Source of the DNA: an uncultured bacterium
Lineage (GTDB): Bacteria; Krumholzibacteriota; Krumholzibacteriia; LZORAL124-64-63
Direction: 5' to 3'
DNA length: 64,000 bases
Assembly (NCBI GenBank): GCA_963727525.1
Contig: CAVSGO010000005.1
Span: 288,001-352,000 of the forward strand
Shown here piece after piece: positions 51,039 to 59,370 of this stretch. Position 1 is the stretch's first letter, and each line of letters begins with the position of its first letter. Position numbers and translations under genes: made by a program. The notes under the pieces were generated by a model that did no database searches, was not told the origin of the DNA, and saw only the letters and a program-made list of their open reading frames with translations.

Positions 51039-52247
51039 CTAGTGCCCGAGCTGGCTGCGGATCTGCAGGATCGGCAGCAGTAGCGAGAGTGCCGCGATCG
51101 CGATCAGGGCGCCCATCACGGCAATGATCACCGCTTCCAGGATCTTGAATGCTTGCTGCAGCGCGCGCGGAAGCTCGCGGTCGTAGTACTCGGCCGCCTT
51201 CAAAAGCGTGGTGTCGAGGCTGCCCGCCTTCTCGCCCACCGCCACGAGGCGCTGGATCAGCGGCGGAAACCATGGGCTGAGGCGGAAGCTCTCGGTGAGC
51301 GTGGCGCCTGTCACCACCCGTTCACGGATCGCGCCGAGTTCCGCCTCGAGCACGGCGTTGCCGACGATCTTCTCCGAGAGTTGGAGCACGCGCAGCAAAC
51401 CAGTGCCCGAACTGAACAGCAGCGAGAAGTGGCGCGCGAAGCGCGCGAGGGCGAGCTTGCGCACGAATGCGCCGAGCGCCGGCAAGCGCAGCATCGTCAG
51501 GTCAATGAGGTAGCGTCCCTGGCGCGTGCGGCGCAGGAACCCGAAAACCACTGAACCGGCGACGATCGCGCCCGCGAGTACCGGCCACCAGTGGCGCAGG
51601 AACGTCCAGAGACCGAGGACCCGTAGGGTCAGGGTGGGCAGCGTGAAATCGGCCGTCTCGAAGATGACCAGGAAGCGCGGGATGACATACAGCAGCAGCA
51701 GCAGGAAGAGCCCGATCACGCCCGTCACGAGGATGGCGGGGTAGACCATGGCCTGGCGGCTGCGGTCGCGCAGGTCGTCGAACCATTCGAGGTACGCCAC
51801 CAGTTCGTTGCAGATCTCTGCGAGATTCCCAGTGTCCTGGCCGGCGCGCACCATCGCCACGTACACGTCCGAGAAGATCTCGGGATGACGTTCGAGGGCG
51901 TCGGCCACCTGCGTGCCGCTGGACACTTCCTCTCGAATGTCGACGATCACGTCGCGAAAGGCGCCGCGTGCGGTGGCCAGTTCGAAATCGCGCATGGCCA
52001 CCAGGATCGGGATGCCCGCGCCCAGACACGTGGCCAGGTGGATCGTGAAGTCGCGCAGTTCGCGGCGTCCGGCGCGCCCAGCTCCGCTGAATGCCTTGCC
52101 CAGCGAACCCAGGGTGGCGCGGCTGTCGAGCAGCACGACGTTTTGCGCGATGAGTTGCGACGCCAGTGCCGCGGCGTTCGGCGCTCGGCGGATGCCGGCC
52201 ACCAGCTCGCCGCCGGGTGTGAGGGCACGATACCGATACTCCCTCAT
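51039..52247 (-). CDS. T2SS/T4P platform protein (GspF/PilC)
   Basis: YRYRA...G, AMVYP, VAVGEKAGSL. Confidence 0.93.
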   Translation of the reverse strand: MREYRYRALTPGGELVAGIRRAPNAAALASQLIAQNVVLLDSRATLGSLGKAFSGAGRAGRRELRDFTIHLATCLGAGIPILVAMRDFELATARGAFRDVIVDIREEVSSGTQVADALERHPEIFSDVYVAMVRAGQDTGNLAEICNELVAYLEWFDDLRDRSRQAMVYPAILVTGVIGLFLLLLLYVIPRFLVIFETADFTLPTLTLRVLGLWTFLRHWWPVLAGAIVAGSVVFGFLRRTRQGRYLIDLTMLRLPALGAFVRKLALARFARHFSLLFSSGTGLLRVLQLSEKIVGNAVLEAELGAIRERVVTGATLTESFRLSPWFPPLIQRLVAVGEKAGSLDTTLLKAAEYYDRELPRALQQAFKILEAVIIAVMGALIAIAALSLLLPILQIRSQLGH

Positions 52248-53920
52248 GCCACGACCCTCGCCAGCTCGGCCAGGGAGGTCATGCCCGCGATAGCCTTGTC
52301 CAGCGCGTCCTGCAACAGAGTGCGCGTGCCGGTCTCTTCCGCCCGGGCGCCCAGCTCATCGGAGGTGGCACGCGTGTTGATCAGCGAACGGACGGCTCCG
52401 TCCACACGCAGGTACTCGAAAACGGCGTTGCGGCCGGCATAGCCGGTATCCCGGCACGATGGGCATCCCTTGCCGACGAAGAACGTGTGCTGCACCGGAT
52501 CCACACCGAGCTGGGTCAGCAATTCAAGTTCATCCTCGTCGGGATCGTGCCGCACGCGACACAGCGGGCACACCTTGCGCACCAGCCGTTGAGCGAGCAC
52601 CGAGATCAGCGTAGCCGACAACAGGAATGGTTCCACGCCCATCTCGACGAGACGGGGGATCGCGCCCACCGCACTGTTGGTATGCAGCGTGCTGAACACG
52701 AGGTGGCCGGTGAGGGCGGCGCGGATCGCCATCTGCGCCGTCTCCTGGTCGCGGATCTCGCCCACGAGCAGGATGTCAGGGTCCTGACGCAGGATGGATC
52801 GCAGTCCGGCTGCGAAGGTGAAGCCCTGCGCCGTGTTGATCTGAGCCTGATTGATCGACGGCAGCTCGTACTCCACCGGATCTTCCATGGTGATGATCTT
52901 CACGTCGGGCTTGTTCAGCTGGGCCAGCGCCGAGTACAGCGTGGTGGTCTTGCCCGAACCGGTGGGGCCGGTCACCAGGATGATGCCGTGTGGCAGCGAG
53001 ATGTCCCGCCGGAATGCCCTGTGCATCGCCTTGCTCATGCCCAGCCTGTCGAGGCCCACGATGAGGTTCTGCTTGTCGAGCACGCGGCACACCACCGTTT
53101 CGCCGTGCACGGTGGGAAACGTGGAGACGCGCAGATCGATCGAACGCTTGCCGAGGTCGTAGAGGATGCGGCCATCCTGCGGCACACGCGTTTCCGAGAT
53201 GTTCATGCCCGCCAGGATCTTCAGGCGCGTGGTCACCATGCTCTGCAGTTCCTTGGCCATGAACGGCCCCTGCACCAGACCGCCGTCCACGCGATACCGG
53301 CTGCGTACGACCCGTTCCTCCGGCTCCACGTGGATGTCGGTGGCACCGTCCTCGATGGCCTTGCGCAGGATCAGATCGACGAGCTTGATGAACGGCGAGT
53401 CGATCTCGCCGAGCTTCGCACCGGCCTCCACGGCGTCGCGCGCCTCGGTGATGCTCGCCTGCAGCAACGAGTCGGTGTCGCTCTTGGCGCCGTAGTAGCG
53501 CAGCAGGGCATCGGCGAGGTCCGACTCTGTCGCGTGCACGACCTCCACGTAGTGGCCGGTCATGCGCGCGACGGCATCGATGGTATCGAGGTCCAGGGGA
53601 TTCGCCATGGCAAGCGCGAGCGTCTTGCCCCTGATGGTCAACGGAAGTATGCGGTGCTCCTCGGCGAAGGCTTGCGGCAGCAGATCGATGGCCTCGCGCT
53701 GGATCCACTCCTCGGCGAGCGACACATAGCCCACGCCGGCCTGGTTGGCCAGGACGCGGCCGATCTCCTTCTCCGAGCAGATGCCCAGCCGCTGCAGGAT
53801 CGTGCCCAGCTTCTCGCGGGTCTGGTGCTGTTCCTTCAGCGCCTGCTCGAGCTGATCCTCGCTGATCCGTCCGGATTCAACGAGGATCTGCCCGAGCTTC
53901 TTCGTCCGTGTGACGACCAT
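52244..53920 (-). CDS. T2SS/T4P assembly ATPase (GspE/PilB/MshE) with MshEN domain
   Basis: Tandem KLGxIL N-terminus, GPTGSGKTT, EDPVE, LRQDPD..LVGEIRD, STLH, CPLC/CPSC. Confidence 0.96.
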   Translation of the reverse strand: MVVTRTKKLGQILVESGRISEDQLEQALKEQHQTREKLGTILQRLGICSEKEIGRVLANQAGVGYVSLAEEWIQREAIDLLPQAFAEEHRILPLTIRGKTLALAMANPLDLDTIDAVARMTGHYVEVVHATESDLADALLRYYGAKSDTDSLLQASITEARDAVEAGAKLGEIDSPFIKLVDLILRKAIEDGATDIHVEPEERVVRSRYRVDGGLVQGPFMAKELQSMVTTRLKILAGMNISETRVPQDGRILYDLGKRSIDLRVSTFPTVHGETVVCRVLDKQNLIVGLDRLGMSKAMHRAFRRDISLPHGIILVTGPTGSGKTTTLYSALAQLNKPDVKIITMEDPVEYELPSINQAQINTAQGFTFAAGLRSILRQDPDILLVGEIRDQETAQMAIRAALTGHLVFSTLHTNSAVGAIPRLVEMGVEPFLLSATLISVLAQRLVRKVCPLCRVRHDPDEDELELLTQLGVDPVQHTFFVGKGCPSCRDTGYAGRNAVFEYLRVDGAVRSLINTRATSDELGARAEETGTRTLLQDALDKAIAGMTSLAELARVVA

Positions 53921-53944
53921 GCGCGCTCTCCTGCTCCGTCTTCG

Positions 53945-54601
53945 CTACTGCTGGTTCGAGCCGCGGATCACGTAACCGATGTCGTCGCCACTCACCTGTT
54001 CGTTCGTCTGCGCGTCGGCGAACGGTGTCTGGAAGCGGCCGTCGGGTCCCGCCGAGATCACCATCACGTTGTGCTGCGGCGCTGTGGCCACGTCGTTGCG
54101 CGCGTAGTACACATTGACAACGAACGGACGGCCCCAGGGATCGAGAGGCACGCGATCGAGGTACGGCCCGTTCCAGCCGGGACGTACGTGCGGGCTCGAG
54201 CTGGGCGTATACAGCGGGGTGTTGCCGCTGCCATCGGAGTTGCGAATCAGAAGGTTGTCGAGCGTGCCGGCAAGGCCGCGGCTACGCCACCCATTCGACG
54301 CGCCGTCGACGCCCGATGGCAGGCCGTTGTTGCCACCACCCATGTCGGCGTTGCCCGCCAGCCGCGCGAGGTCGTACGCCGTGTCGGCGTCGTACTGCAG
54401 CGGCCAGTCGCCCACGTCCTTATAGAACGCCGCCACCGCATTGCCGATGACCTGCGCGTCGCTCTGCGCGCGCGCGACCTTTCCCTCATTGAGGTTCTTG
54501 ATCAGCGGCGGCGCGATGGCGATGGCCATGATGGCCACGAGCGCTACGGCGATGATCACCTCGAAGAGCGTGAAACCTGCGTTGCGTCGAATACGGAACA
54601 T
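53945..54601 (-). CDS. Major (pseudo)pilin, GspG-like
   Basis: RRNAG|FTLFEVIIAVALVAIM; WNGPYL, DPWG, ISAGPDG, DDI. Confidence 0.9.
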   Translation of the reverse strand: MFRIRRNAGFTLFEVIIAVALVAIMAIAIAPPLIKNLNEGKVARAQSDAQVIGNAVAAFYKDVGDWPLQYDADTAYDLARLAGNADMGGGNNGLPSGVDGASNGWRSRGLAGTLDNLLIRNSDGSGNTPLYTPSSSPHVRPGWNGPYLDRVPLDPWGRPFVVNVYYARNDVATAPQHNVMVISAGPDGRFQTPFADAQTNEQVSGDDIGYVIRGSNQQ

Positions 54602-54735
54602 GACGCTGCATCCTCCAGCGTTAAATGGCGTCGGCGCCGCGTCGAGCGACGGTCCGGGTCCAGGACATCGACCGCAAACTCGCGCGGTCGGCCCGGTGGT
54701 CATGACGACCCGGAAACGAATCCTCGGCCACGAAG

Positions 54736-54751
54736 TGCAAGACGCGGGCCG
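54736..54751 (-). promoter_or_regulatory. Putative sigma54 promoter of the pilus operon
   Basis: Minus strand CGGCCCGCGTCTTGCA; AT-rich tract about 80-110 bp upstream. Confidence 0.45.
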
Positions 54752-54946
54752 CGGGCGTCGGGACCCGGCCCCGGAACAAAAGCACGCGTAATCTGCATGA
54801 CCGCCGAGTAGCGACGGACCATCAGTAAAATCAAAACGCAGAGGGTTAAAAAATTAGCGAAACCGTGATGGTGGGGCGACGGGAGTCGGCGGCATGGCGG
54901 CGGAACGTCCCGGCAATTCCTTCCCCCACCAGGAATATCCCGCCCG

Positions 54947-55840
54947 TCAGCGGTAGCACCACGAGTCCACGTCCTGGTCCGCGAGGAAGGCCTCGGCCCG
55001 CCGCCCCTCGAGCAGGGCCAGCGTGGCGAGGATTCCGGCTTCGAGGCAGCAGTCGGCGACGACGGTGACCGATCGCGGCGCCTGGTGCACCGGCCAGCCG
55101 GTGCGGGGATTCAGGACGTGCGAGTAGCGGACGCCGTGGCGCAGCAGGTAGCGACGCGCGTCGCCGCTCGTGGCCAGTCCGCCGGCGGCCAGCGGGAGCT
55201 GGCGCCAGGCCTGACGATCGCGCGTGGGGTCCTCGATGCCGATCGACCAGTGGCCGGCGCCCGGCGGCCGCAGGGCGCGCAGATCGCCGCCGAAGTTCAC
55301 GAGCACCCCCTGCGGCGTGGCCTCGCCGAGTTGCTCGGCTACCCGGTCGACGGCGTACTCCTTGCCCAGACCTCCGAGATCGATCTCCATGCCGGCGGGC
55401 AGGACGAGCGTGGGCGGATCCCAGCGCACCCTTTCCCACCCGATCGCGGGCAGCAGGGCCTTGACCTGCGTCCGCGACGGCACCCGGTCGGATCCGTCGA
55501 AACGCCACACACGACGCAGGATCCCGGTGGTGATGTCGAAGCGTCCGTGGCTGAGGGTGTGGCAGCGGTCGGCGAAGGCCAGGAGTCCTGCGGTCTCCTC
55601 GTCCACGGTGACGGGAGCGCCGGCGCTGGTGTTGATGGTATGCACGACACTGTCGTCGCGGTAGCGGCTGTACTTGCGCTCGATGCGCCAGGCCTCGGCG
55701 GCTGCCTGCTCGGTCAGCCGCCGGGCCTGTTCACGATCGTCGACATCGATCAGGATCTCGCAGGGGCTCGCCATCGCGCGGAACCGGCCGACGCAATGCG
55801 TCTGGCCCGCGGGACGCTCGAGCGTGATCCCGTCGGTCAT
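54947..55840 (-). CDS. apbE: FAD:protein FMN transferase
   Basis: FRAMAS, SRYRDDS, GRFDIT, IDLGGLGKEYAVD, VNFGGD, LATSGD, YSHVLNPRTG, SVTV. Confidence 0.93.
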   Translation of the reverse strand: MTDGITLERPAGQTHCVGRFRAMASPCEILIDVDDREQARRLTEQAAAEAWRIERKYSRYRDDSVVHTINTSAGAPVTVDEETAGLLAFADRCHTLSHGRFDITTGILRRVWRFDGSDRVPSRTQVKALLPAIGWERVRWDPPTLVLPAGMEIDLGGLGKEYAVDRVAEQLGEATPQGVLVNFGGDLRALRPPGAGHWSIGIEDPTRDRQAWRQLPLAAGGLATSGDARRYLLRHGVRYSHVLNPRTGWPVHQAPRSVTVVADCCLEAGILATLALLEGRRAEAFLADQDVDSWCYR

Positions 55841-57147
55841 TTCAGGCCGAACGAGTACCCCACCTGGAAGATGACGGCATCCACGGTGGGAAACAGGTCG
55901 AACCCCTGCAGCCCGGCCGGCGCGTCCACGGGATGGCTGTCGCCCGTCTGCCAGTAATACTCTCCACGCACCGTAACCGTGTGGCCACTGGCCAGCGTGC
56001 GACCGTATTCGAGCCCCACAGTCTTACCCGTGAACTTGCCGAGGCGATAGTCAGCCGACGCGACGTCGGGTAGCGCCCCGCCAGTGAGCAGGTAACGGTG
56101 ATAGAAATCGGCCGCCGTCTGGCGGTACCAGCGCACGTGCGGCTGCAGGTACGCATTCTCGCCCAGGCCCCAGCGCCAGCGCGCCTCGGCGGTGTGCGAA
56201 TGGATGCCCCAATCGTCGTGGTAGAAGCGGTACGAGAGATCGAGGACCGACCAGCCGAAGTGGTGCTTCAATTCACCGAACACGGCCTGCCGCGTCCGCG
56301 ACTCGGGTCGCTTCTCGAAGATGTACTGCGACGGATCGCCGGACACGGGATCGACCACGCTCAGCAGCTTGTAAGGATCCGTCTGGTAGCCGCTGACGTG
56401 GCCGAGCGAGTAGCTGAACTGCACGAGTGTGCGGCGGTCGAGGACCTGGGTGAGGCCGAAGTTGGCATCGACCAGGTTCTTCTGCCCATCGCCGAGTGCG
56501 CCGGGCCGGTTGCCGCCCTCGTTCTCGCCCTCGCCTCCATTGGCAATGGGCGCCGGCATCACGTCGAATCCCACGGGACGGCCTCCCATGGGCCGCACGA
56601 TGTCGTGCGACAGGCTGAGCGAGGCGGCCAGGGTCGTGTTGCGCTTGAAAAAGTCGCGCGACAGCGACGTGCTCGCCCCCAGCGACGTGTAGTCGCGCTC
56701 GAACGAAATGTTGGCACCCAGGCCAAGGTTCGTGAGGCGATCCAGCGGCATCAGGTAATTGCCGTCGACCGCGAACCGCAGGTCCTGGAAGGTGTCGTCG
56801 AGAGGCGTCTCGCCGGCCGGCGTGGTGTAGCCGCTGCTGCCGGAAGGACTCGTGAAGGTCTGGGCGCTCGGCGCTGGCGTGGCGCCGTTGGCCGAAGCGC
56901 CGGAGAGGGCGTCGAGCACGACCTTGACCTTGCCCGTGCGACCACCCGTGAAATCCGACGCGGCCTCGAGCAGCGCCTCGAGGGCACCCACCCGGCCGGG
57001 TTCCTTGTAATAAAGCACCGCCGAATCGAGATTCGTCGTCTGGGCCGGTGCCGCATGCACGCCCACGAGGGTACACGCGGCCGCCAGGCCGGCGCGCAGG
57101 CCATGTCGCAGGCGTCCGTGTCCCGTTCTCGGATCAGTTGCAGCCAC
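55837..57147 (-). CDS. DUF3570-family outer-membrane barrel protein
   Basis: DALSGAS, ERDY.S, KRPESR, YRFYHDDWGI.SHT, RWYRQTAADFY, SADYRL; start overlaps the DUF4266 stop. Confidence 0.85.
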   Translation of the reverse strand: MAATDPRTGHGRLRHGLRAGLAAACTLVGVHAAPAQTTNLDSAVLYYKEPGRVGALEALLEAASDFTGGRTGKVKVVLDALSGASANGATPAPSAQTFTSPSGSSGYTTPAGETPLDDTFQDLRFAVDGNYLMPLDRLTNLGLGANISFERDYTSLGASTSLSRDFFKRNTTLAASLSLSHDIVRPMGGRPVGFDVMPAPIANGGEGENEGGNRPGALGDGQKNLVDANFGLTQVLDRRTLVQFSYSLGHVSGYQTDPYKLLSVVDPVSGDPSQYIFEKRPESRTRQAVFGELKHHFGWSVLDLSYRFYHDDWGIHSHTAEARWRWGLGENAYLQPHVRWYRQTAADFYHRYLLTGGALPDVASADYRLGKFTGKTVGLEYGRTLASGHTVTVRGEYYWQTGDSHPVDAPAGLQGFDLFPTVDAVIFQVGYSFGLK

Positions 57148-57385
57148 AGCCCCCACCCCCCGAACTGAGGCCGCCGGTGGATGCCTCCTTGCTGAAGTAG
57201 ATGTGGGCATCGATCGCGCTGTCCATCGGGCCGGCGCCAACGGCCATGGCATCCTGCGCCAGGAGGTCGCGTTCCCATGGCTGCACTCCCACGCTGCCGC
57301 AACCGGCCAGGGCCACGGCCAGCCCGAATCCGACGAGCACCAGCAGGAACATGCGCGGCCGGAGATCGCGCATCCTGGTGATCAT
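57134..57385 (-). CDS. DUF4266-family small lipoprotein
   Basis: Lipobox LAGC, VQPWER..LA, SKEAS.GG...GGGCGCN. Start uncertain. Confidence 0.88.
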   Translation of the reverse strand: MITRMRDLRPRMFLLVLVGFGLAVALAGCGSVGVQPWERDLLAQDAMAVGAGPMDSAIDAHIYFSKEASTGGLSSGGGGCGCN

Positions 57386-57389
57386 GACA

Positions 57390-57896
57390 TCAGAGTCCCG
57401 GGTCATGTTCGCCCCCTTCCGCCAGCAGTCCCGTCAACTCGGACTCGAGCGCGGCCACGTCGTCGGGATGGAATCCGAGGTGGGTGGCGCGCAGCTTGCC
57501 GCTGCGATCGTAGACGTAGCTCGTGGGCATGCCCTGGAGATCGAACGCTTCGGCAACCTTGCCGTCGGGATCGTAGACCACGGTCATGGGCGTGGGCAAT
57601 CCGGACAGGAAGCGGTCGGCGAGCTTGCGCTCGTGATCCACGTTCACGGTGACGATCGTCAGGCCCTGCTGGCCGTGACGTGTCTGCATCGTCCCCAACC
57701 AGGGCAACGACGCCTGGCAAGGCTTGCACCACGAGGCCCAGAAATCGACGACGACCACGTCGCCGTGGTGTGCCGCGAGCGCGAGGGAGGCCGGCGCCTC
57801 GTCCAGGCTAGCCGGCGGGGCGCCCATCGCGAACGCCGCCGTCAGGACGACGCCGAGCGCGGCACAGCCCGTTACGATGCGGTGGAGTAGAGTCAT
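57390..57896 (-). CDS. TlpA-family thiol-disulfide oxidoreductase
   Basis: Signal peptide, DFWASWCKPC, GMPTS. Confidence 0.93.
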   Translation of the reverse strand: MTLLHRIVTGCAALGVVLTAAFAMGAPPASLDEAPASLALAAHHGDVVVVDFWASWCKPCQASLPWLGTMQTRHGQQGLTIVTVNVDHERKLADRFLSGLPTPMTVVYDPDGKVAEAFDLQGMPTSYVYDRSGKLRATHLGFHPDDVAALESELTGLLAEGGEHDPGL

Positions 57897-57965
57897 CAGG
57901 CTGACCTCCGGTGAGTGCCGATCGGGGTGGCAACGGCGTGGCAGCGGGCGTCGCGAGCGGGTTGA

Positions 57966-57994
57966 ACCCTAGGTTTCAGGAGTTGTTCCGTCAA
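57966..57994 (-). promoter_or_regulatory. Putative sigma70 promoter upstream of the TlpA gene
   Basis: Minus strand TTGACG-N17-TAGGGT in the intergenic gap. Confidence 0.45.
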
Positions 57995-58014
57995 ACGACT
58001 GTATTCGTAGACTT

Positions 58015-59355
58015 TCATCGTATCGCTCGCGCGTCGACGCCCGGCGCGGGATCGGGCACGGGCTGCTCTCCACCGAAGCGTACGCCGAGTTCCCGCAGGA
58101 ACGCGAACGGCGCGATGCCGCCCGCAAGGATGAAGACGTCGTCGTTGGGCACCAGCAGCCGGCCGCCGTCCTTCTCGAGCACGCACGCCTCGGGCTGGAT
58201 CTGCGCCACCGTGGTGCCACCGTGAAAAGCGATGCGTCCACTCGCGATGAGCGGCTGGATATGCTCCTGGTTGCGCTGCTTGATACGCAGCAACTCCGGT
58301 TTCCGGTACGAGAGCGTGACCTCGCAGTCGTCCTGGTGGGCCAGTCCCACGGCCGCCTCCACCGCCGAATCGCCGCCGCCCACGACGAGCACGCGGCGCC
58401 CGGCAAACGCCTCGGCGTCGATGAGCTTGTAGGCGACCTTGGCGAGGTCCTCGCCGGGGACATTGAGCTTGCGCGGCGTGCCGCGCCGTCCGAGGGCCAG
58501 GACGACGTGGCGGCAGCGCCAGGTATCAGAGGTCGCCTGTACGGTGAATTCGCCGACGTTACCGGTGACGCCCGTGACCCGCACTCCCGTGCGGATGTCG
58601 AGGCCCGAGCCAGCGTGCAGCTCGTTCCAGATCGCGAGCAGCTCCTCTTTCGAGTACTCGTGCTTGGGCAGGCGCCCGATCACCGGCAATTCCACCGGCT
58701 GCACCATGACCAGCTTGCGTCTGGGGTACTGCAGGATCGTGCCCCCGGCCCCTTGCTGGTCGAGCACGACGCACGAAAGCCCGCGCTCGCGCAGCACCAT
58801 GCCCGCAGTGATCCCGGCCGGGCCGGCCCCCACGACGACGGCGTCCAGGAGATCCGGGTCGCCGGGACTTCCGAGCGTCGCGATACGTTCGGCCACCAGG
58901 CGCCCCTGGGCCACCGCGTTGTTGATGAGTGCGAAGCCGCTCAGCTCGCCGGCGATCCAGAGGCCCGGCACCGTCGTCTGGTTATGCGCGTCGAGCAAGG
59001 GGATGTCGTCGCGCCGTGTGATGTCACCCAGACCTACCTGGATCGCCCCGACCGGACACGCCTCGGCGCACAGCCCGTGGCCGATGCAGCGCACGCCGTT
59101 GATCACGACGGCCTTGCCCATCACGATGCCCAGGACGTCGCCCTCAGGGCAGGCGCTCACGCAGGAGCCGCAACCGATGCACTGGCTGGCGTCAATCAGG
59201 GGATACTGGCCCGAGGGGCGATCCATGCCCAGCTCGCGCGTCATATGCAACCGCCGCGAATCCTGGCCGCGCCGGCGACGGAACTGGATGGCGTAGGTGG
59301 AGATGACCACCGACATGATCAGCAGCACGACAACCCAGATCGCGATCGATTCCAT
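58015..59355 (-). CDS. Membrane-anchored 2x[4Fe-4S] ferredoxin / FAD-NAD(P)H oxidoreductase (TrxR-like fold)
   Basis: N-terminal TM; CIGCGSCVSACP and CIGHGLCAEACP; VVGAGPAG; VVGGGDSAVEAA. Confidence 0.88.
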   Translation of the reverse strand: MESIAIWVVVLLIMSVVISTYAIQFRRRRGQDSRRLHMTRELGMDRPSGQYPLIDASQCIGCGSCVSACPEGDVLGIVMGKAVVINGVRCIGHGLCAEACPVGAIQVGLGDITRRDDIPLLDAHNQTTVPGLWIAGELSGFALINNAVAQGRLVAERIATLGSPGDPDLLDAVVVGAGPAGITAGMVLRERGLSCVVLDQQGAGGTILQYPRRKLVMVQPVELPVIGRLPKHEYSKEELLAIWNELHAGSGLDIRTGVRVTGVTGNVGEFTVQATSDTWRCRHVVLALGRRGTPRKLNVPGEDLAKVAYKLIDAEAFAGRRVLVVGGGDSAVEAAVGLAHQDDCEVTLSYRKPELLRIKQRNQEHIQPLIASGRIAFHGGTTVAQIQPEACVLEKDGGRLLVPNDDVFILAGGIAPFAFLRELGVRFGGEQPVPDPAPGVDARAIR

Positions 59356-59370
59356 GCGTCGTCCTCGCCG

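Noticed and set aside
54602-54946. c-di-GMP riboswitch upstream of the pilin gene
   Set aside because: The conserved class I elements were not found in order on the minus strand.
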